A DNA stretch of 64,000 bases from Haliotis rufescens (Eukaryota), in the NCBI RefSeq assembly GCF_023055435.1, contig NW_025964383.1, positions 10,416,001 to 10,480,000 of the forward strand, read 5' to 3'. The position numbers and the translations under genes were made by a program. The notes beneath the pieces are model-generated. The model saw nothing but the letters and a program-made list of their open reading frames with translations, searched no databases and had not been told where the DNA came from. Positions 36,496-50,700 of this stretch are shown in pieces (within the stretch, counting starts at the first letter, position 1; each line of letters starts with the position of its first letter).

Positions 36496-39400
36496 ACTCC
36501 CGCTCTGTACACTGCTTCCTCGGTGCTTTAACCCTTGGCAGTGCTTCCCTACTTTCCACCTCCCGAAGTGCTTCCGCTGTTTGTACTGCTCACAGCCTTA
36601 CCTGAGTCCTGCCACTCACTGCTTCGATATGCCAGGTGGTTGATGTCGCACTTTAATATGCGTCAACCAATTACACGAATTATTCCACATTTATACTTCT
36701 CGTCAATTCGAATCCTTGTATGCCCTGATTATGTTTCTGGGTTTTTCAACACTATTACAGTGTTTGTGGATTTCACCAAAGTTGTAAACGTTTTAGACCT
36801 ACCCAACAAGCTGACAAAATTACACCAAGTTCTTTCAAACGTTAGCTTGACCTCAAATTACCTTCACTCCTATCACTGCCCCAGATTTTAGTATGTGTAT
36901 AAGTGTTAAAAAAAACTTTTCAAAATATATTAAATTGTCAGAGTGCTTCAAAACCTCTGCCGGAGAATACCAGAAGGAATCCGTCCTCCCCATTATACTC
37001 TTCCTTATGGGTTTACGTTAAAGAAAACATCTGTAATCTGCACCATGTTGTGCTCTGGTCTCGCATTAAGCTCTGACATAACTGATATACTGTTCAACGC
37101 GGCGTTAAAAACAACTTACTCAATCACACACGTTGTGATTCAACTCTTTACACTTCCTGGACAGCTCTACCTTATATGTCTTTCGAGATAAGCCCTCAAT
37201 CATCATGCTGTGCATATTGACTCATGAGCACTGCACGTCGCTGCAAGTCGTGAGCTCTATTATACAGACCTGTGCTCATCAATATATGGGCCAACTGCTT
37301 GAGTAAAGACTCAACACTGCATTATCTTTTTATCTTGATTTGAATGGAGTCACGAGAGAGTGATTGGACTGTGCGTAGTCTGTAATGTGTGTAGATTATG
37401 TAAGTGGCTTGTTGTTTGCCAGGAGTGCGTGGTGTACAACAGAAAGTGACCTGATTATCAGGACAGCCTATGAAAATTTTCACGCAGCTTCGGTCGATAA
37501 GGCTGTTGTGAAGTTTTCACAATATATTTTAGTAAATGTCTGTATAGTTCTGGTAAATTGCACATTCACTGTAACACATTATTTTCTAGCATACATATTT
37601 ATTACACACACACGGGTTGCTGAAGGCCAATTCTAACCCGGATCTTCNNNNNNNNNNNNNNNNNNNNNNNNNNNNNNNNNNNNNNNNNNNNNNNNNNNNN
37701 NNNNNNNNNNNNNNNNNNNNNNNNNNNNNNNNNNNNNNNNNNNNNNNNNNNNNNNNNNNNNNNNNNNNNNNNNNNNNNNNNNNNNNNNNNNNNNNNNNNN
37801 TAGATAGAAAGATAGATATAGATATATAGATATGTAGATAGATAGATACATACATCGAATAAGTATGACAACTACGATTTCTCTCACAATTGAACTATGT
37901 GTGGTATATGTGTAAATGATATGACACGAAGTTATAGATAGTGTTTTGGCAGTCGTCATTGTACGTACATGTATATGTCAAATCACCATCATTATTGAAG
38001 AAAGTCATATGTAGTATGAATTATTGTGCAAAAACTTCTGGGCCAGGTATTCTAATGATTATTCTGCGTATGTTCATAGTCGTTTGTATGGTGAATAACT
38101 GTGTATTTATAGCTATTCTGAGTGTGCTCTCATGCTTGACTGTATGTTGGATAGTTCATGGAAGATCAGCAGTTTTGAGTATGTATATTCACGCTGAATG
38201 TAAGTTGAATGGTAATGTGTAGCGGTGTGTACATTGGAGTATATAATGTCCGTATATCAGACGACGACCGAGTCCCGTAAACGTCTCGGGTGAGAGGAGG
38301 TGAGGTGAGGTGAAATGGGGTTTAACTTCGCGTTCATGATTTTTTCCCTTACATAGCGTATGTGTGTATGCTCACTGATATACCATGCCTCAGTTTGACA
38401 TGTCTACCCCACTCAAAAACGGTATACTGACTCCGAGCCGACTTGCCCTTGTTTTAGCCCCTTAATGACGAGCGCCAGGCAGGGTAACATCAAGTACCTT
38501 TGTTATGACGCGTCCGGGGATCGAACACACGACATTCCGTTCCCGGCTAGACGCTCTTTCCAATCGATCACGGAGGCGGTGAGGTGAGGTGAGGTGAGGT
38601 GAGGTGAGGTGAGGTGAGGTGAGGTGCAAAATTTCACTTGGATACCCAACTTATTAATTGTCTCCGGGCAGACCAGTCCTTGTTTTATCCCCTTCATGCC
38701 TAGCGCCAGGCAAATATCATCTTTGAGCTCCTTTTGATATGACGCGACCGGGGATCGAACCCCGGATCTTCCGCTCTCTGTGAAGGCGCCATATCCACTC
38801 GACCAGGGAGGCGGTCACAGTCATCAAGGAGTTTTTGTGATTTTTGCGTAATCTGATAGAGTATGTGTGTATGTGTGAGCGGCAGGATGAGAGTGGGTTC
38901 AAATGAAACTCAATTGGGATGATTAAATCATTAAGATTAGTTTCAAAAGTATTATGAGTTCATATCTGGCTAGTTTTTGCTCCCTGTTTGGAGAATAGCT
39001 GACAAAGAAGCGACAATACCCTTTCCAAAGTCATAAGAAGCGCTTTTTATTATTCTTTGTATCGTATACATGCAGCAAAACAATATAAACATATCCTTGC
39101 ACATAACCTTGAACATGTATTTTATCTTTAACCATCAACATAACGCAGGTACAAATAATGTATTTTATACCTTGTATACACACACACAAATTTTGTCATT
39201 TTAACTTCATATCTATAGTTTAGCCACAGAGAGAAATCATGACAGTTTGTACAGTTATTATGATGAAGATGTGGAAAATGTTGATAAATGTGTAGATAAG
39301 AAAACTGTATATGTGGTGTACATTACTTACAGATACGGTATGTTTATCATGTATCTTGTGGCTTGGAATGAACTTTTAGATTTTCACAGTTACGAATTGA

Positions 39401-39731
39401 ATTAACAATGGCGAAACGGGTAAATAGTAAAATAATACACAAGTACAATTCTTCGCACGAAACAGACAACACACACATCTGCTTAAGCTGCTGCATTAAC
39501 ACATGCCTTGGCACTATGTTGGTAAGAACGTTTAGGTACATCTAATATGTAACTGTAAAATAATTGGTATGCATATATACTTTTTTAAATGGACTGTTTT
39601 AAGAAAACAATATGCGAATGTAGATAGTGATGTTATCAATCAGTCAAAGAAACAGTCGTAAGAAACACCTCACTGATTATTTATCATCATCTACTCCCAC
39701 GAAAATGTTCAATAGCAATATAAGCTACAAA

Positions 39732-42689
39732 TCACTCCATTGCTCCCTTCAGCATTTTTGTCTTTGATTTTAAAATATTTATTTCTTTTCCCGACACCAC
39801 CTTCATCTGAACAGCAGCAAGGGAAGAGTTGTATGCTCCGAACACGGGCCAGAGGTCATCTGCCTGTTCTTCTGTGTCCAGTGTCACAAGTTCAGCTATG
39901 GTGTTGAGGTCAAATATAGTGAGGGTGTTCCTTGTACCGTCAAACAGAAGCCCATGTCGCAGTGTGTCAGATGTTCCTGGACTGGTCGACAAAACGTTTT
40001 CGTAGCATCTCATCTTCTGGCCATTGCTCCAGATCTTTGCACAGACTCCTTTGTGTGTAGAGCAGTGTGCGATGGCGAGACACATGGATCCTTTCTGCCC
40101 ACTCATGCAGTAGCTGTTGTCCAGGCATGCTCCCCTAGCCACACCTATTTCCATAAGTAGGCCATGTTGTTGCATTTCAGAGGCCACGTTGAAGTCTGAC
40201 TCAACCTCCCAATAGCTGACTTTGTCTTTGGGTAGAGGTGTAATAGCCGTTGTCCCAACATACTGACCTAGTTTCCTTTCTTGGGAGACTTTACTATTGA
40301 CCAGGAACCCTTTGTTGTTGACATGGACCTTATTGTTGTTGATTCTTTCCACGTCAAACGACAAAGCAGGATCTGCAATGTACCAACACCTTGTTTCTGT
40401 AGAACACCTTGTTTCTGTAGATCATTAAGTATCATTATTGTTTTCTAAACTGTACTCTCTTTTCTTTACATTTATATTATTTATTAATCATTCTCTACTG
40501 ACATGAAGGTAATATTGTGATAACCATTGTTGATCATCTGCGCATCTACTTACATGACAAAGCAGGATTGCCGGTGATCAACTCTTCCCCGTTGTCCTCT
40601 TCGTTTTCTTCGTTGTGTTCTCTTTCCTTTTCTTCTTCGGTGTCCGGATCCATGTCAAGGGGCTCCGTTTCTGCATCATCAAAATGTTTAATGTTATGTA
40701 AGCCAATTCAGAGAACGTTTTGTGTTATTTATTTATCCTTGTCATATTATTACATAACAGTTATTTGTTTTTCTTTAATGCACAATTCATAATGTTGAAA
40801 TTATCTTTACCCAAATCAGCACGAGGTTTGAAAAACAAAAGTTCAATAAATCAGTCCAGATTCTGTCGATGTGTCAGTACCTGATATCAAGTCTGAAAGC
40901 TTACTCTCGTCCACTGTTGAAAACATTGGAAGATAGTTTCCCTGTGCTTGGGGATCTGAAACATAGTGCATGTCAAAAATGCGAAAGCACACACAGACAT
41001 TTATATATGTATTATGTTTTCATTTCAAGGTAAATCTTAAAGGATGTCATCATCGTTGCTTTCATACAATATTATCAGCTTTCACGTGTCTAGGTTCTCC
41101 TCCTGTAAGCGGCAGCTGTTAACATAAATCACAAATGTTCTCAACAACCAATAAACATGATTGCGGATTGTTCATGACTGGAACAAAAACTACATGTTGT
41201 TTTTGCAACTCGATGTTAAAGCATTTCTCTACCATATGACATGAATCGTACAGGTAATACTGACAACTGTTACCTATGAAAATGCAGAATGTACAAGTAT
41301 TGAAACATAGGGACTTTATACGTACTTTAAAAATAGAAATGCTGAGGGATTTATAAATATCCCTGATGTATTTACTTCTATAACACACACAACTATCTTG
41401 ATGTAATGCTCTATTGATGATACTTTTGCAACATGATATGTTCCAGTGTTCCTGTGCAAGTTCACGAACAAATCACGATGAAATATTATTTTTCAATGCT
41501 CTTTCAGAAAAAAACATATGCAATCTTTTTGGGACGGCTTTCAATGGAATTCAAGAAAACTTCAAGCCATACCTTTCTCAGAAGTTTCAGTATCACTGTT
41601 TGGTCCCTCAAAATTGGCATACAAATTCATAAAGCTGCCATCATCCCCCTCCTTGGTCTCAATGTCGCACACGGTTTGTAAAACATTTTCAAGTGATTGT
41701 ATTTTCTCCTTTGAAAATGTTACATGAACTGGTACAATTTCAAACATCTCGGCCTCCTCAGATAAAGCCATTTCTGTCCTGAACTTCACATACTTCCTCA
41801 GCATCAGGATGTCGCTCGTGTTTCCATGCTCCAGCAGTTTCCCTGTGTAATCATGGGTGTTCTTGCATAACCTGACTATCCGTCTTAGCTTGTTACTGAC
41901 CCTCGCAGCCTCATCCATCTCAGACAGGTGTCTGAACTCCAAGGTTTTCCTCAATTCCGCTTCTCGTTTTGTAATCAAGTCACGGATGCTGTTAAATCTT
42001 TGTGACAACAAATCCTTCAAATCGTTGTGCCTTTCCTTCATCGTCTCCTGTTTTGTGTTTGATTCGTCGATCATATCCTTGAAATGTTGTAACTTGGCTG
42101 CCAATTTACTCTTATCTTCTATTGTGTCTTCCTCCACGGCACCAGCAGCCTCGTCTAACTCCTCAGTCTTACAATGCTTATGATTTGACCGAGCACATTT
42201 TGAACAAATGATAATCTCACACGTTTCATCGTAAAGATCCAGAGCATACGATTCATGGTCTGGACAAAGCGACTTCTGTGAACGCACATCCGCTGGCTTC
42301 ATGTCCTTCAGAGACACCATCCCATGGGTGCTGGAACTCCTCACCTGATTGTGTGCAGCTTGACACGATTGACAGAAGAAGGACTCGCAATCCTTGCACC
42401 AGGATACTGCATCCAGGCTATGATCTTTGTTGGTGCATTTGATCTCCGAGGGCTTATGTTTTAGGGTAGTGGCAAGGGTTTCTACTTGAGTGACGGTATC
42501 ATTTAGGAAAATGAATTGCTCTTTGTCAAATGACTCTCTGCATAACAGGCATGTTATTGTTTCACGTTGAACGCTAATGCACCCAGCACAGGCTGCATGT
42601 AAACACGGAAGAAGGTACGGGTCTATCCCTTTGTACTTGTATGGCTTCTTGCAAACACAACAATGCGGACACTGAGCTTTAGACGCCAT
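39732..42689 (-). CDS. TRIM-like E3 ligase B2 (paralog of B1), ~649 aa
   Basis: Exons 42689-41573, 40955-40881, 40670-40554 and 40372-39732 (1950 nt), with the same splice sites as B1. Confidence 0.88.
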
Positions 42690-43549
42690 GATATATGATC
42701 CTATACGAACCACTGGAACGACAAAGATTAGACAACACCTTTATATAAAGTGAATACATATGAACTAAACTATATCAGCCTACATTTAAGCCGATATCGA
42801 TTATTACATTACTGCTTGCTCTGTCAAGACGTTGTTTCGTATATAGAAAGTCCAGACATAGTGTGACCCAGTTGTTCAAAACTTACCTGGATGGGACTCA
42901 CGGTTTAGAAACATGTACAAACTTACCCTTCCTGTTCTCGGTAATGTCTAATATGAATATAGATGTCTTGCGTTGCCTGTTGGATAAACCTGTCTCGACT
43001 GAGACCCTCCCCTCTCGCAAGTAATAACTGACCCGAATCAGGTAGTTGAAGGTGCAACGTGTGTGTCAGACTGTGCCCTTCACTGGCGCGTTGATAAAAG
43101 ATATGTCACCCGCTCTGTCGACAGATAATACGATAATACTGCACTAGCTCGCGCAGGTTATTTTTGACTGTGGTGTCTGCCCAGGTGGCAACACTACACA
43201 ACGATTACACCAAGAGAATAATCTAGGATGTAGTCCATTTCATTTTAGAGTAACTATGCATATTTTGTGCAGGTTTATATGCGCCCCGCTACGGATTGTG
43301 GGCAGGCCTTTACACTTCATATTAACATACAACTCTACATAACTTTGCAACAACTGCACTCAGTGTATATGGCTTCAGGGCAGTAGATACAAGTACATGC
43401 CGTGGACGTATCACAAGGGTCTCCTAAACAGTCATGTGATTGTTGTATCAGACTACGAACATGTAGATAACTATAATGTTGAGTGACAGGTCCAATCTTT
43501 CCTGAAACTCAATTGTTTGCAAGTCTGACGACCATCCCAACTGAACTTG

Positions 43550-45012
43550 TTAGCCTTCGGTGAAAACACGATCTGATAGCCTTCGGTGAGGTTTGTTGTT
43601 TAACGCTTTACTCAGCAATATTCCAGCTACATGTACATGACGGCTGTCTGTAAATAATCGAGTCTGGACCAGACAATCCAGTGATTAATATTATGATCAT
43701 CGATCTACGCAGTTGGGATCGATGGCATGCATCAACCATGTCAGCGAGCCTGACCGTCCGATCCCGTTAGTCGCCTCTCACGACAAGCATAGTCGTCTTT
43801 TACGGCAAGCATGGGTTGCTGAAGACCTATTCTACCTCGGATCTCCACGGGTCCATTCGGTGAGGAGACACGTGTGAAAGCCTTCGGTGAGAACACACAT
43901 CCGAAAACCTTCAGTTAGAACACATATTCGACAGACTTCGGTGAGGTCACAGATGTGATAGCCTTCGGTGAGATAACACATCTGGTAGCCTTCGGTGAAA
44001 ACACACATCTAGGAGCCTTCGCTGAGAACACACATCTGATAGCCTTCGCTGAGAACACACATCTGATAGCCTTGGCTGAGAACACACAACTGGTAGCCTT
44101 GGCTGAGAACACACATCTGGTAGCCTTCGCTGAGAACACACATCTGGTAGCCTTCGTTGAGGACACACATCTGGTAGCCTTCGCTGAGGACTAACATCTG
44201 GTAGCCTTCGCTGAGATAACACATCTGGTAGCCTTCGCTGAGAACACACATCTGGTAGCCTTCGGTGAGGACACACATCTGGTAGCCTTCGCTGAGAACA
44301 CACATCTGGTTGCCTTCGGTGAGGACACACATCTGGTAATCTTCGCTGAGACAAACATATTCGACAGACTTCGGTGAGGTCACATATCTGGTAGCCTTCG
44401 GTGAGATTCCACATCTTGTATCCTTCGGTGAGAACACAAATCTAATAGCCTTCGGTGAGGAAACACATCTGGTAGCCTTCGCTGAGATCACACAACTGGT
44501 AGCCTTCGCTTAGAACACACATCTGATAGCCTACGCTGAGAACTCAGTGAGAACACGCATTCGATAGCCGTCGGTGTGAACACACATCTGATAACCTTAG
44601 TTGACACACATGCGACAGCTTTCGGTAAAAACATACGTCGGATAGTCTTCGGTGATAACACACATCCGAAAACCTCCAGTGAGGTCACACATTCTATAGA
44701 CTTAGGTGAGGTCACACATCTGATCGCCTTCCGTGGAACACACATCCGATAGCCTTCAGTGAGAACACACATCCGATAGCCTTCAGTGAGAACACACATC
44801 CGATAGCCTTCAGTGAGAACACACATCCGATAGCCTTCAGTGAGAACACACATCCGGTAGCCTTCAGTGAGAACACACATCCGAAAGCCTTTGGTGAGAA
44901 CACACATCCGATAGCCTTCAGTGAGAACACACATCCGATAGCCTTCAGTGAGAACACACATCCGATAGCCTTTGGTGAGGATACAGATCTGATAGCCTTT
45001 GGTGAGGACTTC
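43550..45012 (+). repeat. Paralogous 27-bp minisatellite with one embedded SINE
   Basis: Same unit as 14580-17085, shorter array. Confidence 0.95.
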
Positions 45013-46509
45013 AAGGAACCGAATACCTTTGGCGATACACATGTATTGATATTATTTCAAAACAATCAATGATAGAAACAATGTTCCGTCGTTGGCAGCG
45101 GATGTTTACCTTACAATTCGGTTTGTTACGCATGTGAAACACAAAGACGCTCTGGCTTTATTAAAGGTTAGGCTAAACATGCGCTCTACCGCAGAACAGT
45201 GTTAGCATGAGTGCATTAGAGTTATTTCCCCTCTACTGTAAAGCGGTTTAGGAATAACTCGTTTGCGTTGTAGAACAAATAACATGAACTAAATTATACG
45301 CTACATGACAACACAATTCAGTTGCCACACGGGGAGGTAGGTTGAAATGGGGAGTAACGTCGCCCAGTCATCATTATCGTTATTATCGTTATTATTGTTA
45401 TTATTGCGTCTGCTGGGGAAGGCCGCGGGTTCGATCTCCGGCCGCGCCATACCTAAGTACTTGTTTTTACCCTCCCTGGCGCTCGGCATTACATTGGTAC
45501 AACAAGGACTGGTCGGCTCGGAGTCAGTATACTGTGTCTAAATGAGTATTCATGGTAAACTGTGTCATGATATCTCAGTGGGTTAGCACTATAAATCGGC
45601 ATTAGTCTGCANNNNNNNNNNNNNNNNNNNNNNNNNNNNNNNNNNNNNNNNNNNNNNNNNNNNNNNNNNNNNNNNNNNNNNNNNNNNNNNNNNNNNNNNN
45701 NNNNNNNNNNNNNNNNNNNNNNNNNNNNNNNNNNNNNNNNNNNNNNNNNNNNNNNNNNNNNNNNNNNNNNNNNNNNNNNNNNNNNNNNNNNNNNNNNNNN
45801 NNNNNNNNNNNNNNNNNNNNNNNNNNNNAAGTGCAATAATTTTGTATGCTAGGTTAAACCCCATTTTCCATCACCTATGCCTCGATGTCTAATGTCGGTT
45901 TTAAAGTGCTAGCCTACTGAAATACCATGCAGTCTAGCAAGGATACCTCACTCAAAAACTTAACAATGACCCCGAGCCATAATGCCGAGGGCCAGGCAGG
46001 GTAACAACAAATAACATCATATAACTTATTTTGGTATAATTCTACCAGGGGATTGCACCATTGACCTTCCACTCTCCGGACAGATGTTCTATCCACTAGA
46101 CCACGGAGGCGGTCCTCTCGGACAGGGGGTAATGGTACTGGATGCGGAGCCGGTTCAGTTCGCCCGGGCTGGAAGGTCACGAACCGTAATCAACAGAGAA
46201 AGTATCTCCCAGTGTGCTCGGGATTCAGTGCAAGATTACAGAAACCAGCACCAAATGACCTCGTACATAAATTCGCATCTGTAACGAGCCCACCGTCAGT
46301 TCATCCCGGTGCGTGATGACGTGGGTGTTCCGCAATTGCCAAACACAATGTCTATTTTATATTTACCAACAAATGCCACAGTGTTGCTTTAAATAATCCC
46401 CATTCGGCAGCATTGTAGCACTTCAAGTACATTTGTTCCCAAATGAACCTTTATAAAAATATACATAACATGTACTGAGTATCTTTGTTGCTAAATGCCA
46501 GCATGCAAC

Positions 46510-47200
46510 AGCACCACACCACCCCACCACAACACCATCACGCGGCACCACACAACCACTCCACCAAGCCACCACACCACTACACCACCACACCGCCGAT
46601 CCACCACACCTCCAATCCACCACACCATCACGCCACCACGCCACCACGCCACCATGCCACCACGCCACCACGCCACCACGCCACTACGCCACCACACCAC
46701 TTCACCACCACACCGCCAATCCACCACACCTCAAATCCACCACACAATCACGCCACGACACAACCACGCCACCACACCACTACGCGGAACTGCGCAACCA
46801 CTCCACCAAGCCACCACATCGCAACACCACCACACCGCCACACCGCCACACCACCACACATTCACACCATCACGCTACCTGACAACCACTCCACCAAGCC
46901 ACCACACCGCCACACCACCATACAACCACTCCACCAAGCCATCACACCACCACGCCACCACACCGCCACACCGCCACACCGCCACACCGCCACATCACCA
47001 CACAACCACTCCATCAAGCCACCACACCGTCACACCACCACACCGCCACACCATCACGCTACAACACAACCACTCAACCAAGCCACCACACCCCACACCC
47101 CCACACCCCCACACCGCCACACCACCACACCACCAAGCAACCACACCGCCACACCACCACGCCATCACACCATCAAGCCACCACACCACCACACCACAAT
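46510..47200 (+). repeat. C/A-rich degenerate (CACCACAC/CACCACGC)n low-complexity array
   Basis: Direct reading. It gives His/Thr/Pro-rich spurious ORFs. Confidence 0.9.
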
Positions 47201-47540
47201 CACTCTCCGAGGAGTATCTCACATTGTTTACTTCGTATGTGTTTGTGTTTAAGTTCTAGTCGTTTTGAATAATTAACTAGTTCATCATTCATAATGTAAC
47301 ACCTGACTCCAAGCTAGGGCAGAGGAACCAGTACATTCACGGAAACCGGATACTTCGGCACACAGTAAGGGATTGACTCACACACCTACTGACGTTCAGT
47401 CAGCATTACATGCTCCCCATCAAGCACGGCTTGTTCAACTAGACACGTATTGTTTATGAATTTGACATCGTTTGCAATGATACTCTTCATTAAGCTGATC
47501 AACTATTCGTATGATACATAAACCAATCATCTGGGCTAAA

Positions 47541-47835
47541 GACCGCCTCCGTGGTGTAGTGGATAAGGCGTCTGCCCGGAGATCGGAAGGTCGGGGCTGC
47601 GATTGCGGGCCGCGTCATACCAAGACACGTTCAAAGCTGATATTGCCTGGCGCTCGGCTTGAAGGGGCCTAAAACAAGGACTGGTCGGCTCGAAGACAGT
47701 TAATGAGTTGGGTATACATGTATCAAAGCTTGGTATCACGTTGTGCTTGCACTATAATGTATACTATACCAGTACAAGCAGTCAAACGCACACACATGTA
47801 CATAGACACGTGTATGCACGTCGTTATAAATTAAT
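47541..47835 (+). mobile_element. tRNA-derived SINE family 4; copies at 27248-27520, 17385-17650 and 45410-45610 (+), and 9365-9628, 9700-9862, 38320-38818 and 45925-46115 (-)
   Basis: Head gaccgcctccgtggtgtagtgg..ccgcgtcatacc, core cctggcgctcggc..caaggactggtcggctcggagtcagtat. Confidence 0.75.
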
Positions 47836-47837
47836 AT

Positions 47838-48190
47838 TCACCTGACCTGACCTCACCTCACCTCACCTCACCTCACCTCACCTCACCTAACCCAAAACAC
47901 CCCACCCCAACTCACCTTACCTCACCTCACCTTCACCCTACCTCACCACACCTCACCACGTCATGATACNNNNNNNNNNNNNNNNNNNNNNNNNNNNNNN
48001 NNNNNNNNNNNNNNNNNNNNNNNNNNNNNNNNNNNNNNNNNNNNNNNNNNNNNNNNNNNNNNNNNNNNNNNNNNNNNNNNNNNNNNNNNNNNNNNNNNNN
48101 NNNNNNNNNNNNNNNCCCTCCCACCCCACCCCACCCCACCTCACCTTACCTCACCTCACCTCACCCTACCTCACCTCACCTCATCACGTC
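47838..48190 (+). repeat. (CACCT)n microsatellite spanning an N gap
   Basis: Direct reading. It follows a SINE 3' end. Confidence 0.9.
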
Positions 48191-49961
48191 ATGATACTCA
48201 CCTGAACAGTTATTTAGACAGTTAACCTAACCGTTTAACTTAAAGCCCATTTATGGAACCTTTCAAAACTAATTACAAATGCATCGTTTGTTATAGTTAT
48301 CAACCAATCCTTGTTTATCCCATGTATCTTGTATTCATTATTTATGGGACAACGCTCTTCATACAGCTAGTGTACTCCAATGACCACACATAAATTGTGT
48401 ATGCCCTCTGATCACTTCTACACCGTTCAGTACAGTAATCATTGAAGCACCAATGAATTACCTAATCGCCTATATTGTTTAACAAACCAATGGACCATGC
48501 AAAGTTCCGCTCAGTGGTTACCAAAATAACGCTACTATTGATATTTAATTTGAAGAAATTTACAGCAAAAACTTCGAATTGCTGTATTTATAAATCGATA
48601 TATCGTATATCTGTTGATCGAACAGTAACACTGAACCACATGGATCTACTTCTGTTGGCTATATTTAAATATGCATGTTTGCAGTTATATAATGATGCAG
48701 TAATTATAATGCTATGAATAATCTGTAATTGAAATTGTTTTCTACATTGGTCAGAAGGATATCCTGATAATCAAATGATATCCTTGTTACCAAATAATTG
48801 GCCTAGGATGTTGATCACCCATGATCTAAATTATGGAAATCGTCCATGCTTTTTTGACTGGAATGTTTACTACCTATAACATGACCGATAGATAAGTTAC
48901 ACGTGTTCTATAGGATATCATGATCACCCATTCTATGGCTAATCACCGAAGGCGCTTATTTAAATCCCGAAAACGTTCAGCCAGACGGATATTCTAACAA
49001 ATCCTGTTCTGTTCGATGACCTTTCACTGAACTATTTGATGTCATGGTCATCATATCTGCATACATTCGCACTCATATAATAGACTGTCTGACTAATCGA
49101 TCACCTGTCCCCAGATTGATGTTACCGTTCTACGTGTTAACATCAGTTATCTGTTTCTTTCACGGCTCCACTCAGGATCAAGGTATCATCTTTCACGTGT
49201 ACATACATGCACAGCTCCACGTCAGGAACACGTGCATCAGCCGGAAACCTCGCTGATCTTTAGTCCACGAGCACCCAAACGACGTGCACGCATTGAGATG
49301 TGCTTGTAGACGTTTACTGGGTGTCTGCATGCAATGTCGGTCACCATTTCTTATTTATCAATCCGCAGTTACTAGGTGCTGCGTTTCGAGTCACATCCAT
49401 CACCTGTTTCAGGGGACTTTCCGAGTTCCTGTCGCTACAGCCACTGACGTCAGCTATGCTCTTAAATTGTGCGTGGTGCTCTGATGTGTCATGACCCATT
49501 GTGGCTGCAGTGTTTCCCATGTCGACAGTTGAGTGAGAGTGATTTGGGTTTAACGCCACTTTAACAGTATTCCAGTTGTATAACGGCGTGTCAGATTAAT
49601 GTGGGAGGAAAGCCCGAAGTGATGCAGGCCTCACACTTACTCCATGGTGAAACACCCGAGGGGGCTATTGGGTGATTAACCTAGAAACATCGTTGGAACT
49701 TGGCTCAAGGGACGAAAGTCTGCACAGCGAATTCCGACACCTTAGACTGTGCCACCCGTGTCCCTTCTTGAGATGACTTGAATGAGGATCGGGTGGTGAC
49801 AGTGTGTCACGTGACTGATTAAGTAATCGGACACTGAAAACATGGTTCATAGCTCTTCTTTATTTTGAACTACACACTTATTTACTCAATTATTCATAAA
49901 GAGTATTTTGTAAAACACCAATCACTCTCCTGCTGCACAATTGACATACTCTCTTGGTCTA

Positions 49962-50126
49962 GGGGCGGTCGTGTAGCCTGGTGGTTAAAGCGTTCGCTCG
50001 TCACGCCGAAGACCCGGGTTCGATTCCCGACATGGGTACAATGTGTGAAGCCCATTTCTGGTGTCCCCCGCCGTGATATTGCTGGAATATTGCTAAAAGC
50101 GGCGTAAAACCATACTCACTCACTCA
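49962..50126 (+). mobile_element. Full-length SINE family 1 (second copy at ~50198-50362)
   Basis: Near-consensus A and B boxes, (actc)n tail, flanking tggtctag duplication. Confidence 0.92.
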
Positions 50127-50435
50127 TTGTGGTCTAGAGGAGACATTGATTCCTAAATTGAATCCTATATTGATTCCTTCATTGATTCCTACATTGAGGG
50201 GCAGTTGGGTAGCCTAGTGGTTAAAGCGTTCCCTCGTCACGCTGATGGCCCGGGTTCGATTCCCCACATGGGTACAATGTGTGAAGCCCATTTCTGGTCT
50301 ACGCCGCCTTGATAGTGCTTGAATATTGTTAAAAGCGGCGTAAAACCATACGCACTCACTCCTACATTGAATCCTACTTTGAGTCCTACATTGAATCTTA
50401 CAATGATTCCCACACTGATTCCTACATTGATTCCT

Positions 50436-50700
50436 GACCCGTGACGATACGGGGTAGAATAGGTCACTCTTCAGCAACCCATGCTTGCCGTAAAAGGCGA
50501 CTATGCTTGTCGTAAAAGGCGACTGACGGGATCGGGTGGTCAGGCTCGCTGACTTTTTGATGCATGTCATCGATCCCAATAGCGTGGGTTGATGTTCATG
50601 ATGTAAATCATTGAATTGTCTGGTCCAGATTCGATTATTCACAGACCGCCGTCATATAGCTGGAAAATTGCGGCGTTAAAAAACAACCAACCAAACAACC
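50436..50700 (+). mobile_element. SINE-like family 2
   Basis: gacccgtgacgatacggggtagaatagg...aaacaaccaacc tail. Confidence 0.85.

Larger units (their letters stand above)
30103..45968 (+). repeat. Segmental duplication, copy 2 (genes A+B)
   Basis: Direct copy of 391-17750 with substitutions and indels: an extra SINE at 30358-30520, an extra ~235 bp at ~35186-35420, and no 557-bp inserts. Confidence 0.93.

Noticed and set aside
46485-47259. His/Thr/Pro-rich mucin-like ORFs
   Set aside because: CA-rich low-complexity repeat that is open in multiple frames.
49962-50040. tRNA-Asp gene
   Set aside because: This is the tRNA-like head of a multi-copy SINE with a body, simple-repeat tail and TSD, and no convincing acceptor stem.
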